This document shows positions 1-13,000 of a DNA stretch of 64,000 bases, in pieces (position 1 is the first letter of the stretch; the number at the start of each line of letters is the position of its first letter). Source of the stretch: Callorhinchus milii (lineage: Eukaryota); NCBI RefSeq assembly GCF_018977255.1, contig NW_024704749.1:16864001-16928000 (forward strand). The letters run 5' to 3'. A model generated the notes under the pieces. It saw only the letters and a program-made list of their open reading frames with translations. It searched no databases and was not told where the DNA came from. The translations under genes were made by a program, and so were the position numbers.

Positions 1-116
1 TTTTGTTAAACGGTGCAGATTTTGTCTGTGTGTGAACAAGTATTTCCATTTCTTATGACTGGGTAGGCTAGGATCTGTCACTCAGAGTGACTTAAAGGCT
101 GAATTTATTAATAATT

Positions 117-480
117 GCAATAATAATTCTTGTATTTGATATAGCGTCTTATAGACGTCCCAAGGTGCTTCACAAGATTTCACAAGTGCATTTGTAGATG
201 ACCACAGTAGCCACTGACACACAGCAATGTCCCACATGCAAGCGTGAAGTGAGTGACCGGTTTATCTGGAGGATTGTTGGCCAGGACACCAGGAGGAACT
301 TCCTTCCCTTTTCGAAAAGTGCCATGGGATCTTTCAACCTCCACCCGGACACAAATGGGACCTCAGGTTCACGTGTTATCTGAAGGATGGCACCTCCTAT
401 GTTACTTACCTCTAGTACTGCATTGTCGTGTCACCCCTCTAGACTATGAGTTCACAGTTCCACAAGCTTCAGACTCTGAG
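117..480 (-). mobile_element. DeuSINE-family SINE copy
   Basis: Deu-type core (reverse complement: ...aaagatcccatggcacttttcgaaaag...ggtgtcctggccaacaatcc) joined to the L2-type tail and (TTA)n. Confidence 0.7.
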
Positions 481-848
481 AATTTTCCATTAAATCAATG
501 AATTAAACATTTTATTAAAATATTGGCATCTTGATTCCTGTTGAGCACCACTTAGCAAAGAGCAATCGATGCCATGTGAGGTGTTCTTCGGGGATCGTGA
601 TGGGAATAATAATAATTTTTGCATTCGATATAATGCTGCATGCCATCGAGATGCCCCAATGTACTTCACAGAATTTACTGTAGAGTGTAGTACCTGCGTA
701 TTTATAGGCCAACGCAGCAGCCAATTTGTGCAAAGCGACGTCTTGCAAACGGCCATGAAATTAACGATCGATTTAAAAGAAAACGATTGTCATTATTTGC
801 GATTGATTCCTGGACGGTACGTAATGCGCGACCTGTTTGTTTTGGCAG

Positions 849-1070
849 AATGGAGGCGTCTTGTCTCGAGCTGGCTTTGGAAGGGGAGCGGCTGTGCAAA
901 GCTGGAGATTTCAAGGCCGGAGTGGCGTTCTTTGAAGCCGCCGTGCAGGTTGGGACGGAGGACTTGAAGACCTTGAGCGCCATCTACAGTCAACTGGGCA
1001 ATGCCTACTTCTACCTGAAGGAGTACTCGAAAGCCCTGGAGTACCACAAGCACGACCTAACACTGGCCAG
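849..1070 (+). CDS. GPSM1: GPSM1 exon 2 ([19 protein letters not shown]...DLTLAR), TPR
   Basis: ttggcag acceptor, ATG at 850, ccag|gtaagg donor; 222 nt. Confidence 0.96.
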
Positions 1071-4000
1071 GTAAGGTTCACTGGGACAGAGAGAGCCCTG
1101 AACTACTGAAAGATCGTTGGCTCCCACTTTACTATAGAGCTGAGCTCAGACATTCCTTCACAAGGAGAGCGAGGGAAGGGGATAGTGAGGACAGGGGAGA
1201 TGTTCAAAGCGTGGCAGTGGTAGAGCTAGAGTGGTTGTGCCTTCCCCCCCACCCCAAAATCCTCTTGTCATAGACCAATGCGCCCAATAATAAAGCAGGC
1301 CACAAGCTTAAAATGGTAGTGGTGGTGGTGGGAGCACAATCCTTGATCAGGACCTCTGGCTACCTTCAGGGTTCACCGTTAGCGACTGAGTATCCTGATG
1401 TGAACCATTGGACTGTTGAGGGTGGGGAGGGAGACAAGGGGCTAGAAATTTATGTGAAACTTGAGTCCAGGGGAAGAGACGCTGAGGCACCACTGGGAAG
1501 GTACTGCAGAGCTGGGCTCTTATCTCACGATGACAGGCCCTTTATCTGGTGGACAAGAATCCACTTTGGTTTGTGCCAGTAAAGGGGAATAATGTTCCCT
1601 GAGTTGCAGAACCCACACTGTTTGTTTGCAGGACCTTCTGGTTCTGTATGGGCAATAAAACGTTTCAAGGATGAACCTCTTTCCAACAGAACAATAGGGG
1701 ATCGCATTGGAGAAGCCAAAGCCAGTGGGAACCTCGGTAATACACTGAAGATTCTCGGGAGCTACGACGAAGCCATCGCCTGCTGCATAAGGCACTTAGA
1801 CATCTCTCGTGAGCATAGCGATAAGGTAATCTCACCGTGCCCTGTTAAACTGGGGTTTCCTGCCTTCTTCTATTGTCCCAGGTGCTCCGAGATGCTACAC
1901 CGCGTGAAGGGCACTATATAAATGCAAGTCGTTGTTGTTCTAAACACTGCCTTAGACGAAAGCTGTCCTGCCCAATCAATGAGAATTTTGCAGCAAAGCA
2001 AAAACAATATTGATTTCAAAGAGTTTTCAGTCCTGTGTTGAGTTTCCCACAGTGTGTCTGCTTGGCTCAGTTGGGAGATCTCTCGCCTCTGGGTCTAGTC
2101 TAGGCTAGGAGTGCGACACTGCACTTGCAGTCCTTCAGATGAGATGTTAACCGAGTTCCTGTCTGCCTGTCCAGAAAGGCGGCAAGGTCCTGCGGCACTC
2201 GTCAAAAAGAAAAGGGAGTTTCTCTCAGTGTCCTGGCCAACAATCCACCAGATAAAATTAGTCATTCATTTCATGGTTGTTGTGCAAATTGGCTGCTGCA
2301 TTTGCCAAAAAAATACTCCTATGAAATGCTTTGAGACGTCCTCTCAAAGTGAAGGGATTATGTTACTATTTTCTCTTGTGGCCTTGCTTGAATTGATGCA
2401 GAACCAACCAGGCTACACCATGTACCGATGGAATCAGTGACGTTAGTAATGGGATGAGTATAAACTTGATGGGTGGAACCAAATATAGTGCCACAGTTAT
2501 CAAAAGGCCGGAGATTACAGTAAACTTGTAAGATATAATATTAGGATAGGAGTATAAATATTTTAAAATGTTTATACAGCAGGTTTATGAGCAGAGAAGA
2601 TGGGACTGATGTGTGTTATGGTTTACATCCATTATCTCCTAATGTTTCCATAATATCCCAACTTAAGGTGAAAGTCTAGTCCTGACCCTGATGAAAATTA
2701 AAGGAGTTTTTAACTTTTGGTTTACAGTTTTCCCATTTTCCTAACCCTGGGCTTTTCCTTCTCTAGGGTTTTAGGGCACTATTTGAAAAGTGAACAGAGT
2801 TTCTTCCAGTGTCCTGGCCAACAGTCTCCCAAAATAAAATTGTTCATTCACTTCATGGCTGTTTGTGGGACATTAATCTCACTTGTTGCATTCGCCTAAA
2901 AAATGCACTACGCAGTCACTACACTTTACAGTAAATCCTGTGAAGCGCTTCCTTTGACATCCAGCTGAACAGGCAGTCGTTACCTCAGTTTAATGTCTCA
3001 TCTGAAGGAGTGCAATTTCAGCAACCCACATTTGTATTGGAATGAATAATAAGATAATCCTTGCATTTAATATAGAGCCTTATCACGTCTTCGAGACGTC
3101 TCAAAGGCAGTTCACACGATATACTGTAAAGTGAATTGACTGTGTTTTGTGGGTGAAACGCGGCAGCCGATTGCGCACAGCAGCGTCCCACAAACAGTCG
3201 TGGATTGAATGACCAATTTATTCTTATTCTTATTTATTTTTTGAAGGGTTTATTACCCCCGTAAAGAGTGAATGTTCACCTGGACTGTAAATTGGGGCTT
3301 GAACTCACGACCTCCTGATTCAGAGGCGAGCGAGCGCTATTAACTGAGACAGGTTGAGACACCCTAAAATGAGATGAACGTTTTTTTTGGGTGGGGGGGG
3401 GGGGGCTAAATCACAAAATGTTTTTGAGGATGACCTTCGAATGCAAGTGCTAATCCTGTCGATGTTTGCTGCTTCCTTCCCGTTAGGTGGGTGAAGCCAG
3501 AGCCTTGTACAATATTGGGAATGTTTTCCATGCCAAAGGGAAGCAGAGGTCGTGGAGTGCGTCTCACGAGTCTGGAGAGCTACCGGACGAGGTGAAAGAC
3601 ACTTTACAGAAGGCGACTGAATACTACGAGTGAGTTTCACTTCTCCAAACAATGCGAATGTTATTTCCCTGACGAAAGCCCTTGACCAGCAGCTCAGACT
3701 CTTACGCTACAGTGACCTGAATCTGTATGTGCACATTTTATAGGCGTAAAATCCTCTCTTGTCCTTCAGGGAGCTGACACAAAGGTAAGATCGGTTAAAC
3801 CTGAGGTGCCGTCTACTGTCATTTAAATGTGACCTTAAATCACTATAATAATAATAATAATAATAATCCTTGGATTTGATACAACACCTTAGCACGTCTT
3901 CGAGACGTCTCAAAACGCTTCACTGGATTTACTGTAAAGTGAATTGACTGTATATTTTGTGGGCAAAACGTAGTCTGTTCAGTAGACTATGTATGCTGGG

Positions 4001-7000
4001 TGGATTGTCTTGGGTGCTAAATCCTCAGCAGCCCTCCACACCAGTACTACACTGTAATGTTAGCTGATAGTCCGAGCTCAAGGTCCTGACATCAGACTTA
4101 AGTCCTCGACCTTTTCTTCTGACTCACAGATAAAGAGTTCCACAGACCGAGCCGAGTGGAAACGTTCATTGATTCTTTCAACACTCCTTTTTGTGTTAAA
4201 CCTATTCCAATTTTAAATCGGTTTATAATAAAGCCGAGAATTATTAAGGCTTATCTCATTATTGTGCTTCACTTTTACTCCCATTATTCACACATACCGA
4301 CTCCCCCTTCCCCCCCCCACCCCCGATACTGAATATATTTTTCCTTTCACCCAACGCTCACCTTTCTCAGATTCCTCTGACCTTTGGTTAACTTCGACGC
4401 AAAGGAGATTTGGGGTCTTCACTTGGGATTATTTTCAAAATGTGATTTATTTTTTCCAGGATGAATCTTGCCATCGTAAAGGAAATGGGTGATCGGGCAG
4501 CCCAAGGTCGGGCCTATGGGAACCTTGGCAACACCCATTACCTTTTAGGAAACTACCTTGATGCCATTGGATTTCACAAAGAGGTAAAGAGAGATCAGGT
4601 CATTTCAGTCTTCTCTTCCTCCTGTAATCTTCAGGCTTTTGAATTCAGAGCCTGGCATTGCTTTAAGTACTACGTCATAAATTATCTCAGTCGCTCTCTT
4701 ATTCCTTTCAACTTTTACCAATGTCCTGCCCTCTTATCCCTTTCGCTGAGAACCACTTCTCAATGTAAAATACAGTATCTACGACGGTGGGATCTACGAT
4801 AGACTTGGGAGCAGAAGGAAGGTGACCAGACACTTGGATAGTGGTGGATTTAAAAAAAATAATCCTTGTGTTTCGCGCAGCGCGTTTCACATCAAGAAGA
4901 CGTCTCGAAGTGTTTCGTGGGATATACTTTGCAGGAGAAATAGGCAACAGAACGCCAAAAAGAGCTGATATCTGAGTCTTTAGATCGTGGATATGTGTAA
5001 AGGACAACCCAAGGAGATTGCGTTGGCAAATTAAAGAGGATTTCAACTGCTCGGAGATGAAATCAGTTTGAGGGGTTACGAGAGATCAAGAGTAGCGTAC
5101 GATAATTTTTATTCTTTATGTTTTTTTTAAACCTTAAAACCCGCCAGACAGACGCAATGTTCTGTTCCAGTTCTGTACGATCCTGTGTCCTGTTTTCCTA
5201 TGAAAACTAAGGCCTCCGACTGTAATGACTTGAAATGCCATTTTAGCCTCAAAGTAGGATGCTGCTAATTACAGACCTGCCAGCAGACCTTCTGAGTAAG
5301 GGACGCTTCGAGAAGGAAGCTTTATTTATTTTTAAAAACTCCACCTTCATAATAACATAGCGTTTTCCTGCGTGACCCATAAGTTATAACTAAAGTTGGC
5401 CAATAATTAGTGTTTTACTTTGGGACCAAAAATTATAAGCTTTTTTTTTAAGCAATATTTTCGATTGCCTGCAAGGAAGTTGTGTTAGTGATGGGAAGTG
5501 ATATCCGTCTCGATCTAAAGACAATGACAGCAACGTGTGTTTATATAGCAACCTTCACTAGATGGGGGCAATGTTGGCCAGGACACTGGGAGAAGCTCCC
5601 TCCTCTGTATTAATATCTATATTCCCTTCTTGATCTGGATTTCAAAATCCCTTCAAAATATATAAATGTATATTAGTAATAATTTGGCTACTCAATCCAC
5701 GACTGTTTGTGGGGAAATACACAGTCAATTCACTATAGTGTAAATTCTGTGAAGCGCTTTGAGGGGTCTAGAAGACGTAATGAGACGCTATATCAAATGC
5801 GAGGATTATTATTATTTATTATTATTTAAATTCCTCCTTAATACTTACCTCTTCGACCGTGCCTATGGTCACCTCAACCTCTTCTTGACTCGGTGTCCAA
5901 CCTTGAGACACTGTCCTGCTTGAAGAGCACTACATAAGTGCAAGTTGTTTGTTTTTTCGATCATTGCCACGTGATCTTTAACATCAGCCCCAACAGGCAT
6001 TCGGGAGGTGGGTTTAACATCTCATTCGAAACAGAGACATCTCATCTGAATTCTATCAGACAGCTGCTGTGGTCATTGATCCTTGAATGTTTACTGTGGC
6101 CGTGAACTGTATTGAAATAACTCAGTGTTGTAGTAGTGCTATTCATTTCATTACTACCATAAAACCAAAGGCTGCTGTGAAGGGCTTTCATTATATGAAA
6201 TGACAAGCAAACCATTTCAATTGCGTGGCATGTGGTTATATCCATCGCTGATTGATTCATTTCAGGTCTATAGACGACATTATTAGACACGGAGACCGGG
6301 TACAGAATCTAATGTGTACAGTGCTGCAGATTAAAGAGACGCAAAGCCCGAACCATATTGATTTTTCAGTAGGAAAATTCATTAAAACAAGTAGCGCCTG
6401 CAAGTGAAATCAGCCGGCACATAAATATTTATTGCTGTGGAGTTTCGGTGTAATTAATGGATAATGGGTTATTTGTGGGATTTGAATGCAACAGGCAACA
6501 ATAAAGTTGGGGAACTTTTGTAAAGCGGGGGAGCTTTACCCGTGGGATTGGGGGGATGGGAGCTTAAAGGCCAAGTCCACTACAGGTGAGTTCTGATGTG
6601 GATCAGTGCAGGTGTGCCGAACAGATAAAATAATAGTACTAATAATCCTTGCAATTGATGTAGTGCCTTCCACGTCAGGTTGATGTCTCAAAGCCCTTCA
6701 AGGATTTACTGTAAAGTGTAATTTGTCTGCTTATAGATTCAAAGTCCACAAGGTAAAATACCGAGAGGAACTCTCCGGGCTTCTGCACGTGGTGTTAACT
6801 TAACGTGACGGTAGATTACCTGGCTGTTTTAGAATACTTTTCAAGGCCTGCAAAGGCAACCGCGCCTTCTCTCCTGTTACGAGCGCGATCATCAGTGTGG
6901 ACATCAGGCTCCGAGATCCCTGTAGTTGCAGGCGGCTGCTCAATAGGGGGCGATGGTGTCAAATAGTTTATCCTGTAACGTTCCCAGATGCCACGCAAAC

Positions 7001-10000
7001 ACAGCAGCCAATTGGGACCAACAGGAATTGCCGAGACTGCTTCCAACCTAACACAGGACAAGAAAAAAAGGCTAATAATCCAGGAATAGTTTTACGTTTC
7101 CGGTATTTTTTGAGATGGTTGAGACGTTAAGCCGAGGCCCTGTCTGCCTGTTGGATGTTAAAGGTGCCCCCGACTCTGTTCAAAAAGTGAAAGGAGTTTT
7201 TCTCTCTCTCCCGGTGTCCTGGCCAACAATCCCCCAGATAAAATTGGTCGCTCACCTCCAGGCTGTTTGTGGGACATTGCTGGGCGCAAACTGGCTATTT
7301 GCAGTTGCTTAAAAAAGGCACAGTCACTACATTTAACTGCTGCAAAGCATTATGAGACATTTCTGTGTTATTGGCGCTCTTGTCGAATGCAAGATTGTCA
7401 TAATTTTGATGTTGTCTAGCGCTGTGTAAGATGCAGTGAGTGTAACTGTGCAGTGGGTCTAACCATTGGGTTTATTTTTTTTTTCAGCGTCTTTCAATAG
7501 CCAAAGAATTTGGTGACCGAGCTGCTGAGAGAAGAGCCTACAGCAATCTGGGGAACGCACATATATTTCTGGGGAAGTTTGAAGTGGCTGCTGAATATTA
7601 CAAGTAAGATTTCTTTGCCACGTGTGATGAGAACCTGATAAGTTCACCCAAATGCTGCAAGTGGCTGTGAAAGCACACGTTATAGAGAACCTTGGGTCCT
7701 CGGCGACTGGACTGGTCTTGCATGTTCTGGCTGCCAGCAAATGCTCCCTGCCAGCCCTGCCTTCCTGCCCTGCCTACCTGGCTCCCTGCCGACCTGCCAG
7801 TGATATCACATCTTCACACACCGTGTACACCGTGTGCTCTGAAATGACAGCCGATTGATTGACGGTCAAGCTGTGGCCTGGATTCATTAACTCAGCAATG
7901 GCGACTTGCATTCGTATAGTCCCTTCATTCTAGTATAACATTTGGCGGTGGTTAGGCTTTGGAGGGTTGGGTAAATAACCAAAAGCGCAGTCAAAAAAGG
8001 TCTTGAGATGGGCTTTAAAGGGAGGGGGGGAGGGAGGGATGGCGGGCAAGGCGGAAGGAGGAGGAGGAAGAGGGAAGGTTTTCGAAGGCACAGTCAAAAA
8101 GGAAGGTCTTGAGATGGGCCTTGAAGGAGGGAGGGAGTGAGGCTCAGAATCACACCCTTCTGTGTTGAAAAGGCCACTTCGACTCGGGTAAAGGTAGTGA
8201 GTGTCAGCGTCACTGCGCTGAGAGTCCTCCAGTAGTTTAGTTTAGTGCTCGAGCACTCTCACAGGCTCTCAGCTGGAGGCTGCGTGTGTTGATCGCCCAC
8301 AAAACACGCCCAGTCACTACACTTTACAGTATATCCTGTGAAGCGCTTTGAAACGTCTCGACGACGTGATAAGGCGCTGTATCAAATGCAAGGATCATTA
8401 TTATTGTTGATTCATCGTGTTCTCTATGGGTTGAAACTTGCCTGTTTGTTTCCACAGAAAAACTCTGCAGCTATCCCGACAGTTGAAGGACCAGGCGGTG
8501 GAAGCTCAGGCTTGTTACAGCCTCGGCAACACGTGTACACTGCTGCGGGACTACGAGAGAGCCATTGAGTACCACCTGAAGCATCTCTCAATTGCTCAGG
8601 AACTAGATGACAGGTGAAGACCAAGTTAACAGGGGTTTTACTTCAAGGATGTTAAATGTCCTCGCGTGTGTGTACGAACATTTCTGTTCCCATGTGTGCA
8701 CTTTAATCCGCATTTGTGTCTGTAGTTCCCATGTGGGCATTTTTGCCTGCGCGTGTCTCGCTTGCTGTGTCTGTGGTTTCTGTGTGCGCACTTGTCCCTG
8801 TAGCTCATTTGTTTTCATTTGTCGGCTCATTTGATCTCCTGGCTTCCAGAATAGCCGCCCAACCACCTTCCCATTAAGCAGAGATTAAAGAATCCGTTGT
8901 CCCGGCCTGAGCAATGGCAGTTAATGCTCCTCATAAACACCTCCTGTTCCTGAACTCCTAGAATAAGACCAGCAGTGAGGCTGAGGTTTATTTTGTTGCC
9001 CGGTACTAGGGAATATCACAGCTCCTCTCCAGCCAACCAGACAAATACCCATTGTCCACTCTGATCACATCGCCCCCTAACCTTGCTCAGTGCGAGTAAG
9101 ACACAAGCGTTCTGGGACGCTACCCAACGTGAGGGGCGCTGAACAGATGGAAGTTGTTGTGGTTGTTGTGAGTAAGTTGAAGGTCAGTAATGTGTTTGTT
9201 TGCCAGTCTTTGCTTGTCACTACCGTAAACCGTTTCGGTCGTTTCAGTTCCGGTCGGGGAAAGGCTACACTATCGCTGTTTGAACTGCTGCCTCTGTTCA
9301 GCCGTCTTCAAGTATTTACATAAAAGAAAACGATGAGATGGACTTAACAGTGAAGGTCATTGTCAAATTCAGCGTCCTTGAGGTGGATAGTGGTAAAGCT
9401 ACTTAATTAAGAGGGCTGACTGATAATATATCACCCGTTAGTAATTTTTGTTATGGGATTATCGGTGACAGTAGTGAAGGTCTTTTGAAGGTGACAGTAG
9501 CATTGTTACTTCAAGGAGGCAGACGGTAACAAAGAGCTCAACCACTGATGTGGGTTCATTCTAGCAGCGTGTGGGTGTAAGTATGTGTGCGCCTGTCTAT
9601 TGTGTATATGTGTATGTGTGTTTGTCATGTGTGTAGTGTGGATCAGAACAGGCTGTAAGGAGCATTCTACCCCCCATCGTTGAATAACAAGCCAACACTC
9701 ACTGTCAAAATTCACACACAAATAAGGGGATGTCGGGCAAAGTATCAGAACCACCCCCAGTCTCTGGCAAAAACAGGACAAATCGCTTATTTATAATAAT
9801 AACAAAATCATTCTTGCATTTGATACAGCGCCTTTCACATTGGGAAGGTACCTCTGAGAGGTGCTCAGAGAGTGGCACGAAATTGAACAATAACACCGTG
9901 TGTGTTTTTTTTTCTTTCACAGGGTTGGAGAAGGGAGAGCCTGCTGGAGTCTCGGAAACGCTTACGTCTCACTTGCCAATCATGAGCAAGGGCTTCACTT

Positions 10001-13000
10001 TGCTTCGAGGCATTTAGAAATCTCCAGAGAGGTAAGCAACCTTTACAACTAAATGGATGCAGCAGAAATACAATTGTAACTCAGCAAAGCCCTCGCCATC
10101 ACATGTACTGACTGGGTACAGAGAGTCGCTGAGAACATGTATGCTGACCCCGGTGTAGAGTGAGTGTGGGAGACTGGCACAGAGCTCATGTTGTTGTAAG
10201 GGGAGCCAATGATTTGGTCTGCCTTCTTGGGATAAAAGTTACGTTCAGAGAGTCTTTTCTTTACTGCAAAAGGACGGGTCGGGCTGAAAAGTCCCTCTGT
10301 GGTGTGAGCGAGAGATGCGTTGGCGTTCACCGAGACCTCGCCTCGGCAACAGAATCTCTTTCATGCTCGTTTTGTGTCAGCGGAAAGCGAGGCGAAATCC
10401 CAAGGTCGCAGGAGAGGTTTTGAGAGGCGGGCTCTCCTCTCGGCCCATTACATCTCTTCCTTCCAGAATATCCACCTCACACCTTCCCGTTTCTGAATTG
10501 ACTCCACTGTTCTGGCTTGCACCAGATGTTGAGTCCCCTTTCCCTCCCCACTTTCAAAACCTGTCTCTTTGACTGTGCTTTTAGTCATCTCCCCCCCCTC
10601 CCACCCAACATGCAAATGCTGTTGTTGTTGGGCACCCAGCTAGCTGAGTAAAGCACTTTGAGACTTCCTCCCAACGTGAAAGGCGCTATATATAAATGTA
10701 AATTATATCGTATTCGTTCTGCTTCAATGCGAATAAATACTTCCTGGTTTCTGTCCTAAACTTGCCCTTCACCATCCTACCTGCCTGACTTCCTGTCCCA
10801 TTGCCTTGACATCCCAAGTGATGGATGAATTATTCTGGGTTCACTTTCTCCACCCCCCCTATTTGCACCTTCTATATCTCTACCAGACTCCCTCTGAACT
10901 GCCTTTTTTCGAGGCTGAAGGGCTGAACTTATCTGATCTCCCAGCTCACCGCTCCCACACAGGGAAGCAGGAAATGCAGTAAAACACAGTAAAAGATGCT
11001 TCAAGTTACTACAAGTGGTATCGTTAGCAGCCGGGGATGGTACATTGTGCTCCATTAATGATGAGAATCAATTATCCTAATCGTTATAATTAATACGCGG
11101 AGGGCGGATAAATCACAAAGGGACTCAGTCTCTCCAAGTCGTATCGTTGTTTCCAAAATGTCGAGGTTGAAATCATTCTGCTATTACGCATAATTAGGCG
11201 TAAGATCACCTCTGTAATTAGAAGTCATTTAGATGTGGAGCACAGGTCAATTATAATAAACTGTAGTAGTGCCTTTCCCAATGTAACTCAACAAAGTAAA
11301 CTATTAAAGCTACTCAGCTCTTAGCAAGGAGGGACACAGGTGCCTGTGTAACCCAGACTGAAGGACTCACGTTCCACCCACCACTGAGAGCCGCACTTTA
11401 AAGCATCCCTGACCATTCTCTGCTGCATGTTTCACACGTGCTGCCTTTCCTATTTGCAGGATATCATCAGTCACTCTGAAATTCCACATCTGGATAAATT
11501 CAGCATCATATGTATTTAACGTACTTAGAGCTCAGTGTTTGTTGTTGCTTCTCCCCCCCCCCTCCACTCTGCCCACCAAACACAAGCCGAACGCTGTGTG
11601 ACTGTGGGTAAAGTCACCACATAGTGTGCTGTTGGTTCAACAAGATCAGCAGGTCAATGACCTAATTAATCCCATCCTTCCGATATACCTGCCCTACCTT
11701 ATTCCCATTAAAGTGTTCAGGTGTTGCCTGTACGCTACAATATGAATGCTAATCCATACATTTGATATAGCGCCTTTCACGTCAGGAGCACGTCTCAAAG
11801 GACTTCACAGAATACACTGTAAAGTGTAGTGACTGTGTTGTGGACAAACGCGGAAGCCAGTTTGTGTACAGCAGTGTCCCACAGACAGCCGTGAAGTGAG
11901 TGACCAATTTTATCCTTTACCCTCAGTGTGAAGAAATGCTTCCCGGCTCTGGGTTTGAAAGCTGCTTCTCCCTCACCACAAATACTGATGGATTCAAAAT
12001 AAGGAGATAAACATTTAAGTGTTTTGTTCACCTACAAAACACCCAGCCACTACACTTTACAGTGTATCCTGTGAAGCGCTTTGAAGCATCCTCCCAATGT
12101 GAAAGGCGCTGTATCAAACGTTAAGGATTATTATTGTTATAACTGACACAATCTATAAAATATGACACCATGACAAAAACAGTCCTTTGCCTGATGTTCA
12201 GTGGAATCTTTGGTTGGAAAAAAATATGTTCTCAGCCCATCCATTGGAGCATAATAATAATACTAATCCTTGCACTTGATACAGCGCCTTATCACATCTT
12301 CGAGACATCTCAAAGTGCCTCACAGGATATACTGTAAAGTGAATTGATTGTATATTTTGTGGGCGATATCTGTCTTAAATAAGCTGTTAAAACCATTGGC
12401 TGGCCCTGTGCTGATCTGGTTAATGGGTGATTAATTCGACACGTCCACTTTAGGAGAGTACGTTGCAGTTTAAGATGAAAACTGTTTACACAGCGTGTTT
12501 ATACAAAAAGAGCTTGAAATGGGAATTTAGTGCCATAGAAACTAATGGGGGAAAAATATCTCTAAAACTTGCAATTTTGTGTCGTTAACGTTAAGAACTT
12601 GCTCTTAAGTAGATATTCTCTATTGGTCTCTCACTTGTTGACGTTGTAGTCCGAGAGTTACACAGCGTGATAAAGTACAGAGATGGGCCGTTCATCTTAA
12701 CCAGTCCGTGCTGGGTGTTTATACACTACACGTGCTCCCCAACACTCCTGTTCCTCTCGCTTATACTCCCTTCTCCCTCATATAGGCATCAAGTTGTCTC
12801 TTGAATAAATCGAGGCAATTTATTTAAATCAGCAGTGAGTTCCACATTCTCACCACCCACTATGTGAAGAAGTTTCTGCTAAACTCCCTATTAGGTCAGC
12901 TACCAGCTATCTTCTGCAGTTCTTTTTTTCCCCCCTCTGTGCCGTTCACTCTCCTTTTATGCGTCCTGTCCTGGTCTGGGGGAAAGAGGTTCTGAACGCT

